NCBI GenBank assembly: GCA_951406725.2 | Contig: OX597820.1 | Span: 117,614,001-117,678,000 of the forward strand | Length of the DNA stretch: 64,000 nucleotides | Origin: Octopus vulgaris | Taxonomy: Eukaryota | Direction of reading: 5' to 3' | Part shown: positions 39,069 through 53,882 of the stretch, piece by piece | Numbering within the stretch: the first letter of the stretch is position 1 | How the letters are laid out: each line of letters opens with the position of its first letter | Made by a program: the position numbers and the translations under genes | The notes under the pieces: model-generated | Database searches by the model: none | What the model was told of the DNA's origin: nothing | What the model saw: the letters and a program-made list of their open reading frames with translations, nothing else

Positions 39069-41563
39069 ATATATATATATACATACATACACACACACAC
39101 ACATATATATATATATTTATATATCATCATCATCATCATTTAACATCTGTCTTCCATGCTGACACAGGCTGGACAGTTTGACAGGAGCCGACCAGGCCGA
39201 AACCTGCACCGGGTTACTGTATCTGTTTTGGCATGGCTTTTAAAGCTGGATGCCCTTTCAAAAGCCAACCACCACTTTACAGCATGGACCGGATGCTTTT
39301 TGCATGGCATCCACAACAGCAGGGTCACCAAGGAACTTGCAAGGCAAGGAATTTTTGAGTGGGGAGGGCAGTGGAAGAAGTTATAATGAGACAGAGAGAG
39401 GAGGAGGCAGAAAGAGGTACATGGTTATCCAGCCAAAAGAGAAAGAGGGTGGGAAGAGAGGGAGAGAAAGAGGAAGAGTGTGAGAGAGAGAGAGAGTGAT
39501 GGGGAGAGATGGGTAACAAGAAAGAGAACTGAAATAGGTGTGCTGCTGAAGAGGAGAGACTTGGTTACCCAGCCAGAGAGAGAGAGAGAGAGTGGTCAAG
39601 GATGAGGAGCAAAAGAAAGAGAGTGAGAGTGGAAGGCAGCATGAGTGCAAGAGAGAGCAGGGGAGAGATGGTGGTGAAGTATCAGGGCCTACACACACAG
39701 AACAGGGGCCAGAATATAAATGGGAAGGGAGAGATTGATGGTAGCTGGTGCCAGGGCAAACCCTCAAGGTATGGAGGTCATAGTGTAAGTGGCAGGGTAT
39801 TGCCAAAAACCTGTCAGTAGGGAGTGGGGGCTGGGGAATGCAGTGACTGGTGAGTATTTAGAGGGGGTGGGGAACAATACAGAGAGCAGGGTAGTGAGGG
39901 AAGGATTGGGGAGTGGGAGATAATTATAGGGCATGAAAGGGAAAATGTGAAGAAAAGAAGAGTTTGGGAGAAGTGATGCAGTTTGGGAGAAAAGATGTTT
40001 GTTAGGGTAGGGTGTGTGAAAAGTTTTATTGTTACATGTGGGTGGAAGTCAGTTTTGCTGATGTGGGCAGACTTCTGTAGAACCTCATATCACCAGACAT
40101 CTTGGTCCTTTGCCATTTCCTCCCTGAATTCCAGCATCCGAATATCGGTCCTCACCACTTCATCCTATATCTTCACATATACATACATATGTGTATATAT
40201 GCGTATATGCATATATTTACAGAAACACTTGTTTTTGTTCACATTGTACTTCTCTGAATTTTGCTGAGATTCTTGGCATTTCCTTAGTCAACAAATCATC
40301 CGGTACTGGCATCGGTCACGCTCAAATGGTTCTTTTTACGTGCCACCTGCACAGGGGCCAGTCCGGTGGCACTGGCAACGACTACGCTCAAATGGTGCTT
40401 TTTTAACATGCCACCAGCATGGGAGTCCGTCAGTGGCCCTGGCAGTGATCACGCTCGAATGATGCTTTTAACGTTCCACTGGCACAGGTGCCAGTCAGGC
40501 AGTACTGTCATTGGCCATGACAGCGATTTCTCTTGCCTCAACAGGTCTTTGCAAGCATACATACATACGTATGTATGTATGTATGTATGTATGTATGTAT
40601 GTATGTATGTATGTATGTATGTATGTATGTATGTATGTATGTATGTATGTATGTATGTATGTATGTATGTATGTATGTATGTATGTATGTATGTATGTGT
40701 GTGTATGTGTATGTATGTATGCATGCATGCATGTATGTATGTATGTGTGTGTGTATGCATGTATGCATGCATGCATGCATGTATGTATGTATGTATGCTT
40801 GTATGCATGCATGCATGTATGTATGTATGTATGTAAGTATGCATGCATGCATGTATGTATGCATGCATGCATTTATGTATGCATGCATGTATGTATGTAT
40901 ATATATATATGTATGTACGTATGTATGTATAGATAGATGGATAGATAGATAGATATATGCACACACATGTATGTGTGTATGGTGTGTAAATGATGTGTGT
41001 GTGTGTACACATGTATTTATTGTCACTCTGTCGGTTACAATGATGAGTGTTACTATTAACGGAACAGCCTGCTTATGAAATCAACATGCAAGTGGCTGAG
41101 TACTCCACAGACATCAATAGCCTTAATCTAGTTCTCAATCTAGGAGATTCAGCATGTGACAAGGCTGGCCACACTGAATTACAAGTACAACTCATGGACT
41201 GATGGAGCAATGTGAAATAAAGTGTCTTGTCCAAGGACACAATGTGTCACTAGGAATTGAACAACACACATACACACACAATAATACGTACGTGCAAATA
41301 GAAAGCAAGAGAAAGAGAGAGAGTGAGTGGAGCGGGAGAGACGGAGAGAGAGATATTACAAATTATTGATTGAACGTGATTGGCATAAAGCATTTTCCTT
41401 CTCCTCAGATATATTAAAGAGAAATACGCTGACACACATAGACAGAGAGAGGGGGACGGAAAGGGTTGGGAGAGAGGTGGGTGGGGTGGGTGGGAGAGAG
41501 GTATAAGAGGGGTGGGGATGGGTGGGAGAGTGGGGAAGAGAAAAAGAGAGGATGAGAGAAACA

Positions 41564-42034
41564 TTAACCCTTTCGTTACTATATTTATTTTGAGATGCTC
41601 TGTTTTTCTCTCGGTTATTTTAAATATAACAAAGAATTTAGTAAAATAACTTAGTTATCATTAAGCTAATGTTAGGAACGTAAATGGTGACTAAGGTTTG
41701 GTGGAAGATTTTAATTCAAAACTTAAGAAAACAAGACATTTGTACTACAGAGGCTGAGGTGGTTTCAGCCAGGTTGGTATCAAAAGGGTTAAATTAATCA
41801 TTTGTTAACCCTTTTGTTACCATACTTCTGTTGAGATGCTCTGTGTTTCTTTCAATTAATTTTAAATATAACAAAAAATTTAGTAAAATAACTTAGTTAT
41901 CATTAAGCTAGTGTTAGGAACATAAATTCTGACTAAGGTTTGGTGGAAGATTTTAATTCAGAATTTATGAAAACAAGACATTTGTACTACAGAGGCTGAG
42001 GTGGTTTCAGCCAGGTTGGTAGCAAAAGGCTTAA
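41564..42034. mobile_element. Two tandem piggyBac-like MITEs (~221 bp each)
   Basis: TTAA|CCCTTT...AAAGGG|TTAA at 41568-41788 and TTAA|CCCTTT...AAAGGC|TTAA at 41809-42030, with near-identical bodies. Confidence 0.75.
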
Positions 42035-42162
42035 ATTAATCGTTTATTAAAATGTCTGATTTCAAGTAAGTCTTTATTGAATCAGCAACACCAAATAAGT
42101 GGTGCCAAAACAGCTGAGCCAAAACAACTCATATCTTGTATTTGTATACACACAGAAACAAG

Positions 42163-42238
<76 letters not shown>

Positions 42239-42579
42239 CATACATGTGTGCATGCAAAAAGAAAGACGGAAAACAAGGAAGACACAGGTCAAAAGACAGA
42301 CAGACAAACGGTCTGAGAAGCAAACAGTCAGAAATGTATAAAAGTTTCTTTGAATAATTCTTTGCCTTAAGTGATAATGGAAATTCTTGAGTGGATATTA
42401 ATATTTAACATAAGGCCGAGACATAGTTGGCTTGATTGTGTCTTTGGCACTTAGACAATCTTGGAATTTGACCTTTTATTCCTAAGTCAATGGTTAATGA
42501 AAATTATTTTGAAGGTGGAAATAATGTCTTTTATCTCTAATGAAACCAAGGATGACTAATATCTGTATGTGTATATTAC

Positions 42580-42707
42580 ACACAGACATATATATATATA
42601 TATACACACACACATATATGTATATGTATACATAAAATAAATATATATATATAAGATAAATATATATCATATATATATAAGATAAATATATATCATATAT
42701 ATATAAG

Positions 42708-42759
<52 letters not shown>

Positions 42760-43000
42760 ACATATATATATATAAGATGAATATAGATCCAGTACCGCTG
42801 CCGTAGTCTCATTTAAGGAGACTTAAAAATATTAATATTTCTATGAATATATATATATATATACACACACACACATACAAATACATATATATATATATAT
42901 ATATATATATGATAAATATATATATATATATATATAACACACACACACTCATCATCAACATCATCAAAACGATGATGATGATGATGATGATGAGTGCGTG

Positions 43001-43038
<38 letters not shown>

Positions 43039-43050
43039 GTATATATACAT

Positions 43051-43081
<31 letters not shown>

Positions 43082-43455
43082 CATATATACATACATACAT
43101 ACATATATATATATACATATACATATATATATATACACACACACACATATATACAAATACAATATACATATATATATATATACACACACACATATATACA
43201 AGTGTTTGTTATGAATATATATATTTATATGCACAGATATATATATAATATACACACACACATATATACACACATGTTCTATGTTGCTATTTTTTGTTTT
43301 TTCCATTGTCTTTCTTTCTGACATTCCCATCCTCTCTCTCTCCCTCCTCTCACTCTGCCTCTCTCTCTCTCTACCTTTTCCCCCTCTCTCTTCTCTTGCC
43401 ATTCCCAATATATATTGTAAATATATATGTGTGTACTTTTATACATATTCTTATA

Positions 43456-43505
<50 letters not shown>

Positions 43506-43609
43506 CATACACACACACTCACACACACACACACATAGACATATATGTATACATACATGTCTATGTACATATACACATATCTGTGTTTGTAAGTATGCTC
43601 ATGTATAAT

Positions 43610-43665
<56 letters not shown>

Positions 43666-43760
43666 TACATACATACACACACACACATGTAAATGTGTGT
43701 GCATGTATATGTGTGTATGTATGTATGTATACATGTATATATGCATATGTGCGTATGTCT
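42580..43760. repeat. (TA)n/(CA)n microsatellite cluster
   Basis: Direct reading. Similar (TATG)n blocks lie at 22500-22960 and 40556-40960. Confidence 0.9.
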
Positions 43761-44424
43761 GAAAGTTAAAACCGGTTGCGTTTTCTATCCTTTGAAACAA
43801 TGTATCAGGATGAAGCAATCAATATTTATTTTACACTCTATTTCTTGTTTTTGATTTTCATCTCAGCAAAGTCAAAGCCATTATTTACCATTATTGTGAC
43901 ATTCCATACAACCTTATTGATGATATCGAAGAAGCTTTTATTTTCAATTGGGTTGCTTCCCATTTTAATACCATCTTTTCAACTACTTATTGTATTAAAA
44001 AAAAAAGAAAGAAAAAAATTAAACAAAGATAACGATAACAGTAATAATAATAACAATGATGATGATGATGATGATGATGATGGTGATGGTGATGATAAAC
44101 AAAAAACAATCGATGTAATGTTAATAAGATTTCATTTCATTAAAGGAATTAGTTTGGAAAGTTAATAGAAAGTAACACAAATTCCTTTTGTTATAAAAAG
44201 CTTATTTTTGATCGTAGTTTTCAGCTTTGGCGCAATTTCATACTTTTGTAATTTATTTTGGTTTGGTTCTATAAAAGATTATGTCACTCAGACTCCATCC
44301 TTCCCCAGCTTCATCTTCCTCCAGTGCATATTGGGTGCGTTAGTGAAGACCCATGGTTCAGTGGTTCAAGGATTTACCTCACAATCATAAAGCTCTAAGT
44401 TTGATTCTCACCAGTGATGCATTC

Positions 44425-45577
44425 TTATTTCTTTATTACCCACAAGGGGCTAAACATAGAGGAGACAAACAAGGACTGACAAAGGGATAAAGTCGATTAC
44501 ACCTACCCCAGTGTGTAACTGGTACTTAATTTATCGACCCTGAAAGGATGAAAGGCAAAGTAGACCTCGGCGGAATTTGAACTCAGAACATAACGGCAGA
44601 CGAAATACCTATTTCTTTATTACCCACAAGGGGCTAAACATAGAGGAGACAAACAAGGACTGACAAAGGGATAAAGTCGATTACACCTACCCCAGTGTGT
44701 AACTGGTACTTAATTTATCGACCCTGAAAGGATGAAAGGCAACGTAGACCTCGGCGGAATTTGAACTCAGAACATAACAGCAGACGAAATACCTATTTCT
44801 TTATTACCCACAAGGGGCTTAACATAGCGGGGACAAACAAGGACTGACAAAGGGATAAAGTCGATTACACCTACCCCAGTGTGTAACTGGTACTTAATTT
44901 ATCGACCCTGAAAGGATGAAAGGCAAAGTAGACCTCGGCGGAATTTGAACTCAGAACATAACGGCAGACGAAATACCTATTTCTTTATTACCCACAAGGG
45001 GCTAAACATAGAGGGGACAAACAAGGACTGACAAAGGGATAAAGTCGATTACACCTACCCCAGTGTGTCACTGGTACTTAATTTATCGACCCTGAAAGGA
45101 TGAAAGGCAAAGAAGACCTCGGCGGAATTTGAACTCAGAACATAACGGCAGACGAAATACCTATTTCTTTATTACCCACAAGGGGCTAAACATAGAGGGG
45201 ACAAACAAGGACTGACAAAGGGATAAAGTCGATTACACCTACCCCAGTGTGTAACTGGTACTTAATTTATATACCCTGAAAGGATGAAAGGCAAAGTCGA
45301 CCTGAGCGGATTTGAACTCAGAACATAACGGCAGACGAAATACCTATTTCTTTATTACCCACAAGGGGCTAAACATAGAGGGGACAAACAAGGACTGACA
45401 AAGGGATAAAGTCGATTACACCTACCCCAGTGTGTCACTGGTACTTAATTTATCGACCCCGAAAGGATGAAAGGTAAAGTCGACCTCGGTGGAATTTGAA
45501 CTCAGAACGTAACGGCAGACGAAATACCGCTAAGTATTTCACCCGGTGTGCTAACGATTCTGCTAGCTCGCCGCCTT
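44425..45577 (-). repeat. Six-unit tandem array of SINE B (184-bp period)
   Basis: cacaagggg recurs at 44441, 44625, 44809, 44993, 45177 and 45360. Only the last unit has the complete head. Confidence 0.92.
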
Positions 45578-46076
45578 TAAGTGCCGCATTCTGTCCTTGA
45601 GCAAGACACTTTACCCCACATTGTTCCAGTCCATTCGGCTGGCAAAAATGAGGAGCACCTGTAATTCACAGGGAGCCAGCCTGCTCACATTCTGTGTGAT
45701 GCTGAAGGCGGTGAGCTGGCAGAGTAGTTAGCATGCTGGGCAAAATGCTTAGCAGCATTTCGTCCCTCTTTACGTTCTGGGTTCAAATTCTGCCGAGGTC
45801 GACTTTGCTTTTCATTTTTACAGGGTTGATAAATTAAGTACCAGTGATGCACTGGGGGTTGATATAATCAACTTGTTCCCTCCCCCAAATTTCAGACCTT
45901 GTGCCTAGAGTGGAAAGGATTCTGTGTCATGCTGAATCTCCCTGAGAACTATGTTAATGGCAAGCATGTCTAAAACAGTCATCATCATAACTGATGGGGT
46001 ACCAGTGATTAGGTACGTCATACTGGCTGAGGTATTTGGCATTGCACTGTAATCTCATAGGTTTTGTGTTCAAATA

Positions 46077-46486
46077 CACTCTTACTCTTTTACTCTTTTA
46101 CTTGTTTCAGTCATTTGACTGCGGCCATGCACCGCCTTTAGTTGAGCAAATTGACCCCAAGACTTATTCTTTGTAAGCCCAGTACTTATTCTATCAGTTT
46201 CTTTTTGCCGAACCACTAAGTGACGGGGACGTAAACACACCCGCATCGGTTGTCAAGCAATGCTAGGGGGACAAACACAGACACACAAACACACACACAC
46301 ATATATATATATACATATATACGACAGGCTTCTTTCAGTTTCCGTCTACCAAATCCACTCACAAGGCTTTGGTCGACCCGTGGCTATAGTAGAAGACACT
46401 TGCCCAAGGTACCATGCAGTGGGATTGAACCCAGAATCATGTGGTTGGTTAGCAAGCTACTTACCACACAGCCACTCCTGCGCCTA
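46077..46486 (-). mobile_element. SINE family A, full length
   Basis: Homology to 2228-2612. Confidence 0.88.
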
Positions 46487-47548
46487 TAGCCACTCCTGCA
46501 AGTATTTTTCTGTATACTTGCATGTTTAATTCATCATCATCATCATCATCTAACGTCCATTTCCCATGCTGGCATGGGTTGGACGGTTTGACAGGAGTTG
46601 GCAAGGTTGGAGAGCTGCACCAAGCTTCATTTATCTGCTTTGGCATAGTTTCTACAGCTGGATGCCCTTCCTGACACTAACCACTTTACAGAGTGTACAG
46701 GTGCTCTTTACATTGCACCAGAAAGGATGATCTTTATGTGGTGCCAGTACCAGTTCTTTTGACTTGCCACCAGCACTGGTGCTTTTGACATGGTGCTATA
46801 CAGTAATTCTTCATTGTCCCCACCACCACCACCACCACCATCATTTGACAACAGATGCTGGTGCGTTTATGTCCCCATAACTTAGCAGTTTAGCAAAAGA
46901 GACTGATAGAATAAGTTCTAGGCTTACAAAGAATAAGTCCTGAGGGTTGATTTGCTTGACTAAAGGCAATGCTCCAGCATAGCCACAGTCAAATGGCAAG
47001 TGAGACCATAACTGTCTGGCCTATGCCAGGGGTGTAACCAGCCCACTTATGCGTACCTTTCTTTCATTGGACACTAAACTCTACTTGCGAAGACCTGTTG
47101 AGGCAAGTGAAATTGAAATCGAAATCAAATTCGATGACTGACATCTGTGCTAGTGGAGCGCTAAGAGTACCATACGAGTGAGATCGTGGCCAGAGCAACA
47201 AGCTGGCCTCTGTGCCGATGGCATGTTAAAAACACCATTCGAGCGTGATCGTTACCTGCGTTGCCTTACTAGCACTTGTGCGAGTGGCACGTGAAAAAAC
47301 ATTCGAGCGAGGTCGTTGCCAGTACCACCTAACTGGCCCTCGTGCCAGTGGCACGTAAAAGCACCCACTACACTCTCAGAGTGGTTGACATTAGGAAGGG
47401 CATCCAGCTGTAGAAACTCTGCCAGATCAAGATTGAAGCCTGGTGCAGCCTTCTGGCTCGCCAGTCCTCTGTCAAATCATCCAACCCATGCTAGCATGGA
47501 AAGCAGATATCAAACGATGATGATGATGATGATGATGACAATGACGAC

Positions 47549-47581
<33 letters not shown>

Positions 47582-48480
47582 AATGATGATGATGACATAT
47601 ATATAAAGGAGGGTGAGTTAAAAAATAATGAAGAAGGAATAACAGAAAGAAGATATTTTTGTCCCATTGTTAATAAATGGTACTAAAAATCGTCTTCATT
47701 TTTAAAATATTTAATACTTTTCCCGCAAGAGTGAAAAATATACTTATATCCATAAATATCTTTGTGTGTGTGTGTGTGTGTATGTATAAGTATAACAAAA
47801 ATAAACATATGATGATGATGGTGATGATGATGGTGATGTGTTCCTATAAAACTGTGTGATTCAGTGAACTCTAAAGTGAACTGAATGAGTCTCATTTCTC
47901 AAGTGAATGAAAAAATTTTAAACACAAAAATAAAAGTCAGCGGTGGAGAGACCTACATAGAAACTAAACCAGAAAACACATGTTCGTCACTGAATAGAAA
48001 TAAACAGAAAAAACGAAAAAAAAAAAAAAAATTTAAAAACAAATCTTTTTAAAAATCATATACTTTTGTTCACACATGACAGAATTTCGAGGGAATTGAG
48101 CAAAAAAAAAAAAAAAAGAAATACATTGTAATATAAAAAGGAAAATAAATACAGAAAGAAAACTATAAAGATGAACTGTATCTAAGTGACATCTGAGATG
48201 TTGGTAAAAGTTCACAAGAATTATAATAGTTATCTTGTATTAACAGCTGAGGATTTGCTGTTATGCCAAATGGTTATAAAGTCTATATTATAACAGGCCT
48301 AATTCTAGAAGAGGTGGCTGTATGTATGATATATATATATACATATGTATATATGATATATATATACATATGTATATATATATATATATAATTTTAATCC
48401 AAACGGGAAACAAAAAAACAACAACAAGGGAACAATTACAGTATTATTATTAATAGGCGCTCAGGAAATGGAAGCAGGGA

Positions 48481-48518
48481 GGTATGACGTTTCGAGCGGA
48501 GCTCTTCGTCGGAAACAT
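48481..48518 (-). ncRNA. Minimal hammerhead-like motif in a Penelope-type repeat (~48390 onward)
   Basis: Reverse complement ATGTTT-CCGACGA-A-GAGC-tcc-GCTC-GAAA-CG-TC-ATAC: intact GAAACGUC, core variant CCGACGA. Confidence 0.55.
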
Positions 48519-49487
48519 AAAGAAGGAAGAGAGAGGAAAGAAAGATCCCGGAGCGGGCAACGGAGATAGAGAAAAAACGGCTGGTGTTAGCAGAAGCACA
48601 TGGTGAAAGGCGGATGTTTACGATAACAAGAGCAAAGTGGGTTTTTAAAGGCAAAAGAGTGGAGACAAGGTTGGTAACGCAACAGATGTGTGTGTATGTG
48701 TGAGTGTGTGCGTGTGCGTGTGTGTATGTGTGTGTGTGAGGCGAGGTAAAAAAACAAAAAATATATGTATGTGTTAGTGTGTGCGTCTGAGTGTAGGCGT
48801 GTGAGGTAGGGCGAGACGGTGGTCAGCATAGCAGCAGCATAGCAGACAAAGGTCAGTAGTGAGAAAAGGGAGGAAGGAGGAAGGGAGGGAGGGGAAGGGT
48901 GGGGGCGTATGTAGCGTGCCAGCGTGTGTTGAGTAGTAGTGTGTGTGTGTGTCCAGTGTCGTGGTAGTATTAGTGGCGAGTAGATTGAATGTGTGTAAGA
49001 GTGATGTATATGTTTAAGCAATGTGTGTATATGTGTGCGCGTGTGTGTAACGAAAAAAAAGGGGGGGGGGTTAGGAAAAGGACTCCAGCGGAGGGGAAGA
49101 TGGAGGAGTGGTCCCGCGGAGACGGGCGTGGGAAAACCCAACGACAAGCGACATCCCAGGAACGGGCGGGAGGTCTCGTCGGATCCAAGGGCGAGGTGCA
49201 TGCGGGCGCATGCGTGCGCGAACCGGCGCAAACGCGTGTGTGCGCGAGCCTGCGAGTGTGCGCGTACGTATGTGTGCGTGTGGATGTGTGAGTGTGTCTG
49301 TGTGTATGTCTGGGTGGCAGTGTGTCCGATGAATGTATGTGAGTATGTGTGTATATATGTGTGTGCATAGATGTATGTCCGTGTGTGTGTGTGTGTGTGT
49401 ATGTGTGTATGAGTGTGTATGTATGTACGTGTGTGTGTGTGTGTGTACATGTATATGCATATATAAATATATGTATGTGTATACTTA

Positions 49488-49523
<36 letters not shown>

Positions 49524-49982
49524 AATCTCTCTCTCTATATATATATGTGTGTGTGTGTGTGTATGTATGTGTGTGTGTGTGTGTATACAACCTTCAACAA
49601 AGTAACAGTCTTGAACAGACACATATCAGTACATAGACATATGTTCACAAGTACATACACATGTACACACACACACACACAGACACATCTACACACTTAC
49701 ATACATACATACATAAATGTGTGCCGGTGGCACGTAAAAAGCACCATCCGATTGTGGCCATTCGCCAGCCTCGGCTGGCCTCTGTGCTGGTGGCACGTAA
49801 AAAGCACCCACTACACTCATGGAGTGGTTGGCGTTAGGAAGGGCATCCAGCCGTAGAAACATTGCCAGATCAGATTGGGCCTGGTGCAGCCTTCTGGCTT
49901 CCCAGACCCCGGTTGCACCGTCCAACCCATGCCAGCATGGAAAGCGGACGCTAAACGATGATGATGATGATATATATATCTG

Positions 49983-50095
<113 letters not shown>

Positions 50096-50716
50096 GTAAG
50101 CAGACATATACATATATAGAGCGGGAGATAGGGATAAAGTCAGCAGCCATAGTCGGAGTTGTCTGTTTGTGTGGTGACAAAGAAATCAAATAAAATCATG
50201 TTTCGAATGGAGATGGAGTTGGGAGGGAGGCGTGGGGAGGGAAGTGAAGTTGAAATGGAGAAATATGTGTTACTGGTGTTATAAGAATCGGTTTGAAAAG
50301 CAGACAGAAAATGGTGAAAAGATGGCCGTGTATGAGTGTGCATGTGTGTGTCTGTGTATGTGTGTGTGTATTTCTGTGTTTGTGAGTCTATTTTTATGTG
50401 AGTGTATGTGTGTGTGTATGTGTGTGTGCACATGTGTTTGTATATGTGTGAATGTGTGTGTGTGTGCTTATGTCTATTTTTATTGTCATCATTGCCACCA
50501 AGATACTTGGTGCATTGTACTCGAGAAGAACCCCCCCCCGACCACTCCTTGAATAGTCCCACTGACCCCCAGGGGTTGATATTGACTACTTTGGAGACCC
50601 CTGATTTAGGTGTTCATTATTGGTTAGTGTTTCTCAACCATTTTTTACCCATGGAACCCTTTGATTCATATTTTACTCAACTGACCCCTCAGCGCCATTC
50701 CCTGTTTAAAATAATT

Positions 50717-50873
50717 AGCGCAAGAGTGGCTGTGTGGTAAGAAGCTTGCTTTCCAACCACATGGTTCCAGGTTCAGTCCCACTGCATAGCAACTTGGGCA
50801 AGTGTTTTCTAATACAGACTCAGGCTGACCAAAGCTGAGTGAGTGGATTTGGTAGATGGAAACTGAAAGCCTG

Positions 50874-50940
<67 letters not shown>

Positions 50941-51120
50941 AGTTTGTCCACACCATCGCTTGACAACCAATGATGGTGTGTTTATGTCCCCATAACTTAG
51001 CAGTTTGGCAATAGAATAAGTACAATAATAAGTACAGTAAGCCGATTTGTCCAACTAAAGGTCGTGCTCCAGCATGGCCGCAGTCAAGTGACTAAAACAA
51101 ATAAAATAATAAAAGAGTAA
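50717..51120 (+). mobile_element. SINE family A
   Basis: Homology to 2228-2612. Confidence 0.82.
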
Positions 51121-51499
51121 TCCAATTATATTTTAATTTTAATAATCAAATATTCTTAGGAATTTGTTGGTGATGATGGCTTTTATGTTGCTATAAATGT
51201 TTCAAGTAAATTAAGCTGTGAAATTCTTACATTCTTTCTATTTCCAGGAATTCAGACCACCTCATGATCCCAGCAGACAAAATGGAAATGATGAAGTCCC
51301 AGAGGATGGTGAGCAAGATGCACTGGAATTATGGGGAATTATAAGGAAATATGCAAAAAAAATTGTTTAAATATTTTGTGTATTGTGGATGTATAAGTGA
51401 TTTATTGAGCATAAATTTTAATAAATTCTTATATGAATCCATAAGCATTGGCGGACTGGGTCTAAAAATATTGGTTGTTAGGAGACTAAGGGGACCACC

Positions 51500-52078
51500 C
51501 TGCAACTAGATGGGGGCCCACCAGCAACTAGAAGGGGGCCCACCCACAACTACAAGGGAGCCCACCTGCAACTACAAAGGGGCCCACCCGCAACTACAAG
51601 GGAGCCCACATGCATCTACAAGGAACCCACCCGCAACTACAAGGGAGCCCACCCGCATCTACAAGGAGGCCCACCCGCAACTACAAGTGAGCCCACCCGC
51701 AACTACAAAGGGGCCCACCCGTAACTACAAAGGGGCCCACCCGCAACTACAAAGGGGCCCATCCGCAACTACAAAGGGGCCCACCCGCAACTACAAGGGA
51801 GCCTGCCCACAACTACAAGGGAGCCCACACGCATCTACAAGGGAGCCCACCCGCATCTACAAGGAGGCCCACCCGCAACTACAAGGGAGCCCACCCACAA
51901 CTACAAGGGAGCCCACCCGCAACCAGAATGGGTCCCAACAGCAACTACAATGGGGCCTACCAGCAACAACAAAGGGGCCCACCCGCAACTACAAAGTGCC
52001 CCACCCACAACTACAAAGGGGCCCACCCCCAACTACAAGGGGTCCCATCCACAACTACAAGAGGGCCACCTGCAACAA
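51500..52078. repeat. GC-rich ~21-22-bp minisatellite (ACAAGGGAGCCCACCCGCAACT)
   Basis: Roughly 25 diverged units are visible. Confidence 0.9.
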
Positions 52079-53217
52079 CAATGCTATTATTTTTTTTTTT
52101 TTTTGTTATTCTTTTCAATTGTCTACAGACACAGCCAGGCTGAAATAATTAATGCATTCTTCCAGGAGTGAATAAAAAATTCTCAAACTTGAGGGGATGG
52201 GGCCCTCATATGTGGATTCTAATGGTGCAGGGGCCCACTTACCATCGGACAAGCTGGCAACTTGGCCAGTCCACTACTGCCCATAAGGGCCGTGCGGATC
52301 CTAGTTGAGCTGGCAGAACCGTTAGCACGCCGAGCGAAATGCTTAGCAGTATTTCGTCTGCGTTACATTGTGAGTTCAAATTCCGCCGAGGTCGACTTTG
52401 CCTTTCATCCTTTCAGGGTCGATAAATTAAGTACCAGTTACGCACTGGGGTCGATGTAATCGACTTAATACCTATGTCTGTCCTTGTTTGTCCCCTCTGT
52501 GTTTAGCCCCTTGTGGGTAATAAAGAAATAGGATCCTAGTTGCGAACCCAATGATGTAGATAATTATTTTAATTTAGATGGTTGCTATTTATTTAGAAGA
52601 TGGTGGTTGTTATTTCAGTGGCTGCAGTCATCTAGAAAGTTTCTTTTCATTTAGAAGGTTCTTGTCTGCTTTATCTAAATACTTGTTTCAATATTTATAA
52701 GTTTGTTTAATATTTTTTAGATGATTGTTTACATATTAAGATGTTTGTTTTTACATTTAGACGGTTGTTTCCACTCAACTGGTTGTTTTCAAATTCCAAC
52801 GAACACTATTTACATATTTCGGTGTCCGTTTCTAAAAGCAGACTCTGTGAATTAAACTCACCAAACCACACAATGATACAACGAGCAAGAGTATTGAATA
52901 CCAGGTTGTAAATTTACTATGAAAGACATCAACACACGACGGCAATGGACTAATGGAAAAACAAATAAAACAAATGCATATCTGAAAGAACAGGTGTGTG
53001 TTTTAAATGAGCAACATTGAAGGAAGCAAGTGGGAAGTGTTTTTGTATGCAACACACCATTCTCAGATCAGATCAGTTGCCAAACACGAGCACAACAAAG
53101 GGGAACAGCAATATTGTTGTCATTCTGATGTGTAGTTTAATGCTCAATAACTGCCACGTAACATTTAGCGAACAGGCTGCTGGCCTGCTTTCATTGCTCA
53201 CCATGTTTATCTACCAG

Positions 53218-53616
53218 TAATAATAATAATAATAATAATAATAATGATAATAATAATAAAGGTGACGATGATGATGATGATGATGATGATAATAATAATG
53301 ATGATGATAATGATGATGATGATGATGATGATTATGATAATAATAATGATAATGATGATGATGATGATAATAATGATAATAATGATAATGGTGACGATGA
53401 TGATGATGGTGATGATGATGATAATAATGATGATAATGATGATGATGATGATAATAATGATGATAATGATGATGATGATGATAATAATGATGATAATGAT
53501 AATGGTGACGATGATGATGATGGTGATGATGATGATGATAATAATAATGATGATAATGATGATGATGATGATAATAATGATAATAATAATGATGATAATA
53601 TTAATAATAATAATAA

Positions 53617-53647
<31 letters not shown>

Positions 53648-53849
53648 AATGATGATAATGATGATGATGATGATGATGATTATGATAATAATGATGATGA
53701 TGATAATAATAATAATAATAATAATAATAAAGGTGACGATGAGGATAATGATGATGATAATGATAATAATATTAATGATAATGATGATGATGATGATAAT
53801 AATAATAATAATAATAATGATTATGATAATGATGATGATGATTATGATA

Positions 53850-53880
<31 letters not shown>

Positions 53881-53882
53881 CA
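53218..53882. repeat. (ATG/ATA)n compound microsatellite
   Basis: Direct reading. Confidence 0.95.

Larger units (their letters stand above)
50626..52553. mobile_element. Possible hAT-type non-autonomous element with nested SINEs and a minisatellite
   Basis: Ends tagtgtttctcaacc... and ...ctagttgcgaacccaatg loosely resemble CAGTGTTTCTCAAC-type TIRs. No TSD was verified. Confidence 0.3.

Noticed and set aside
44425-45577. Regularly spaced repeats resembling a CRISPR array (also 4235-4685 and 18210-18955)
   Set aside because: Units are contiguous with no unique spacers, derive from SINE or LINE sequence, and there are no cas genes in this eukaryotic context.
51510-52148. 212-aa mucin-like ORF
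   Set aside because: It is a translation of a 21-22-bp minisatellite with period-driven frame cycling and no splice or homology support.
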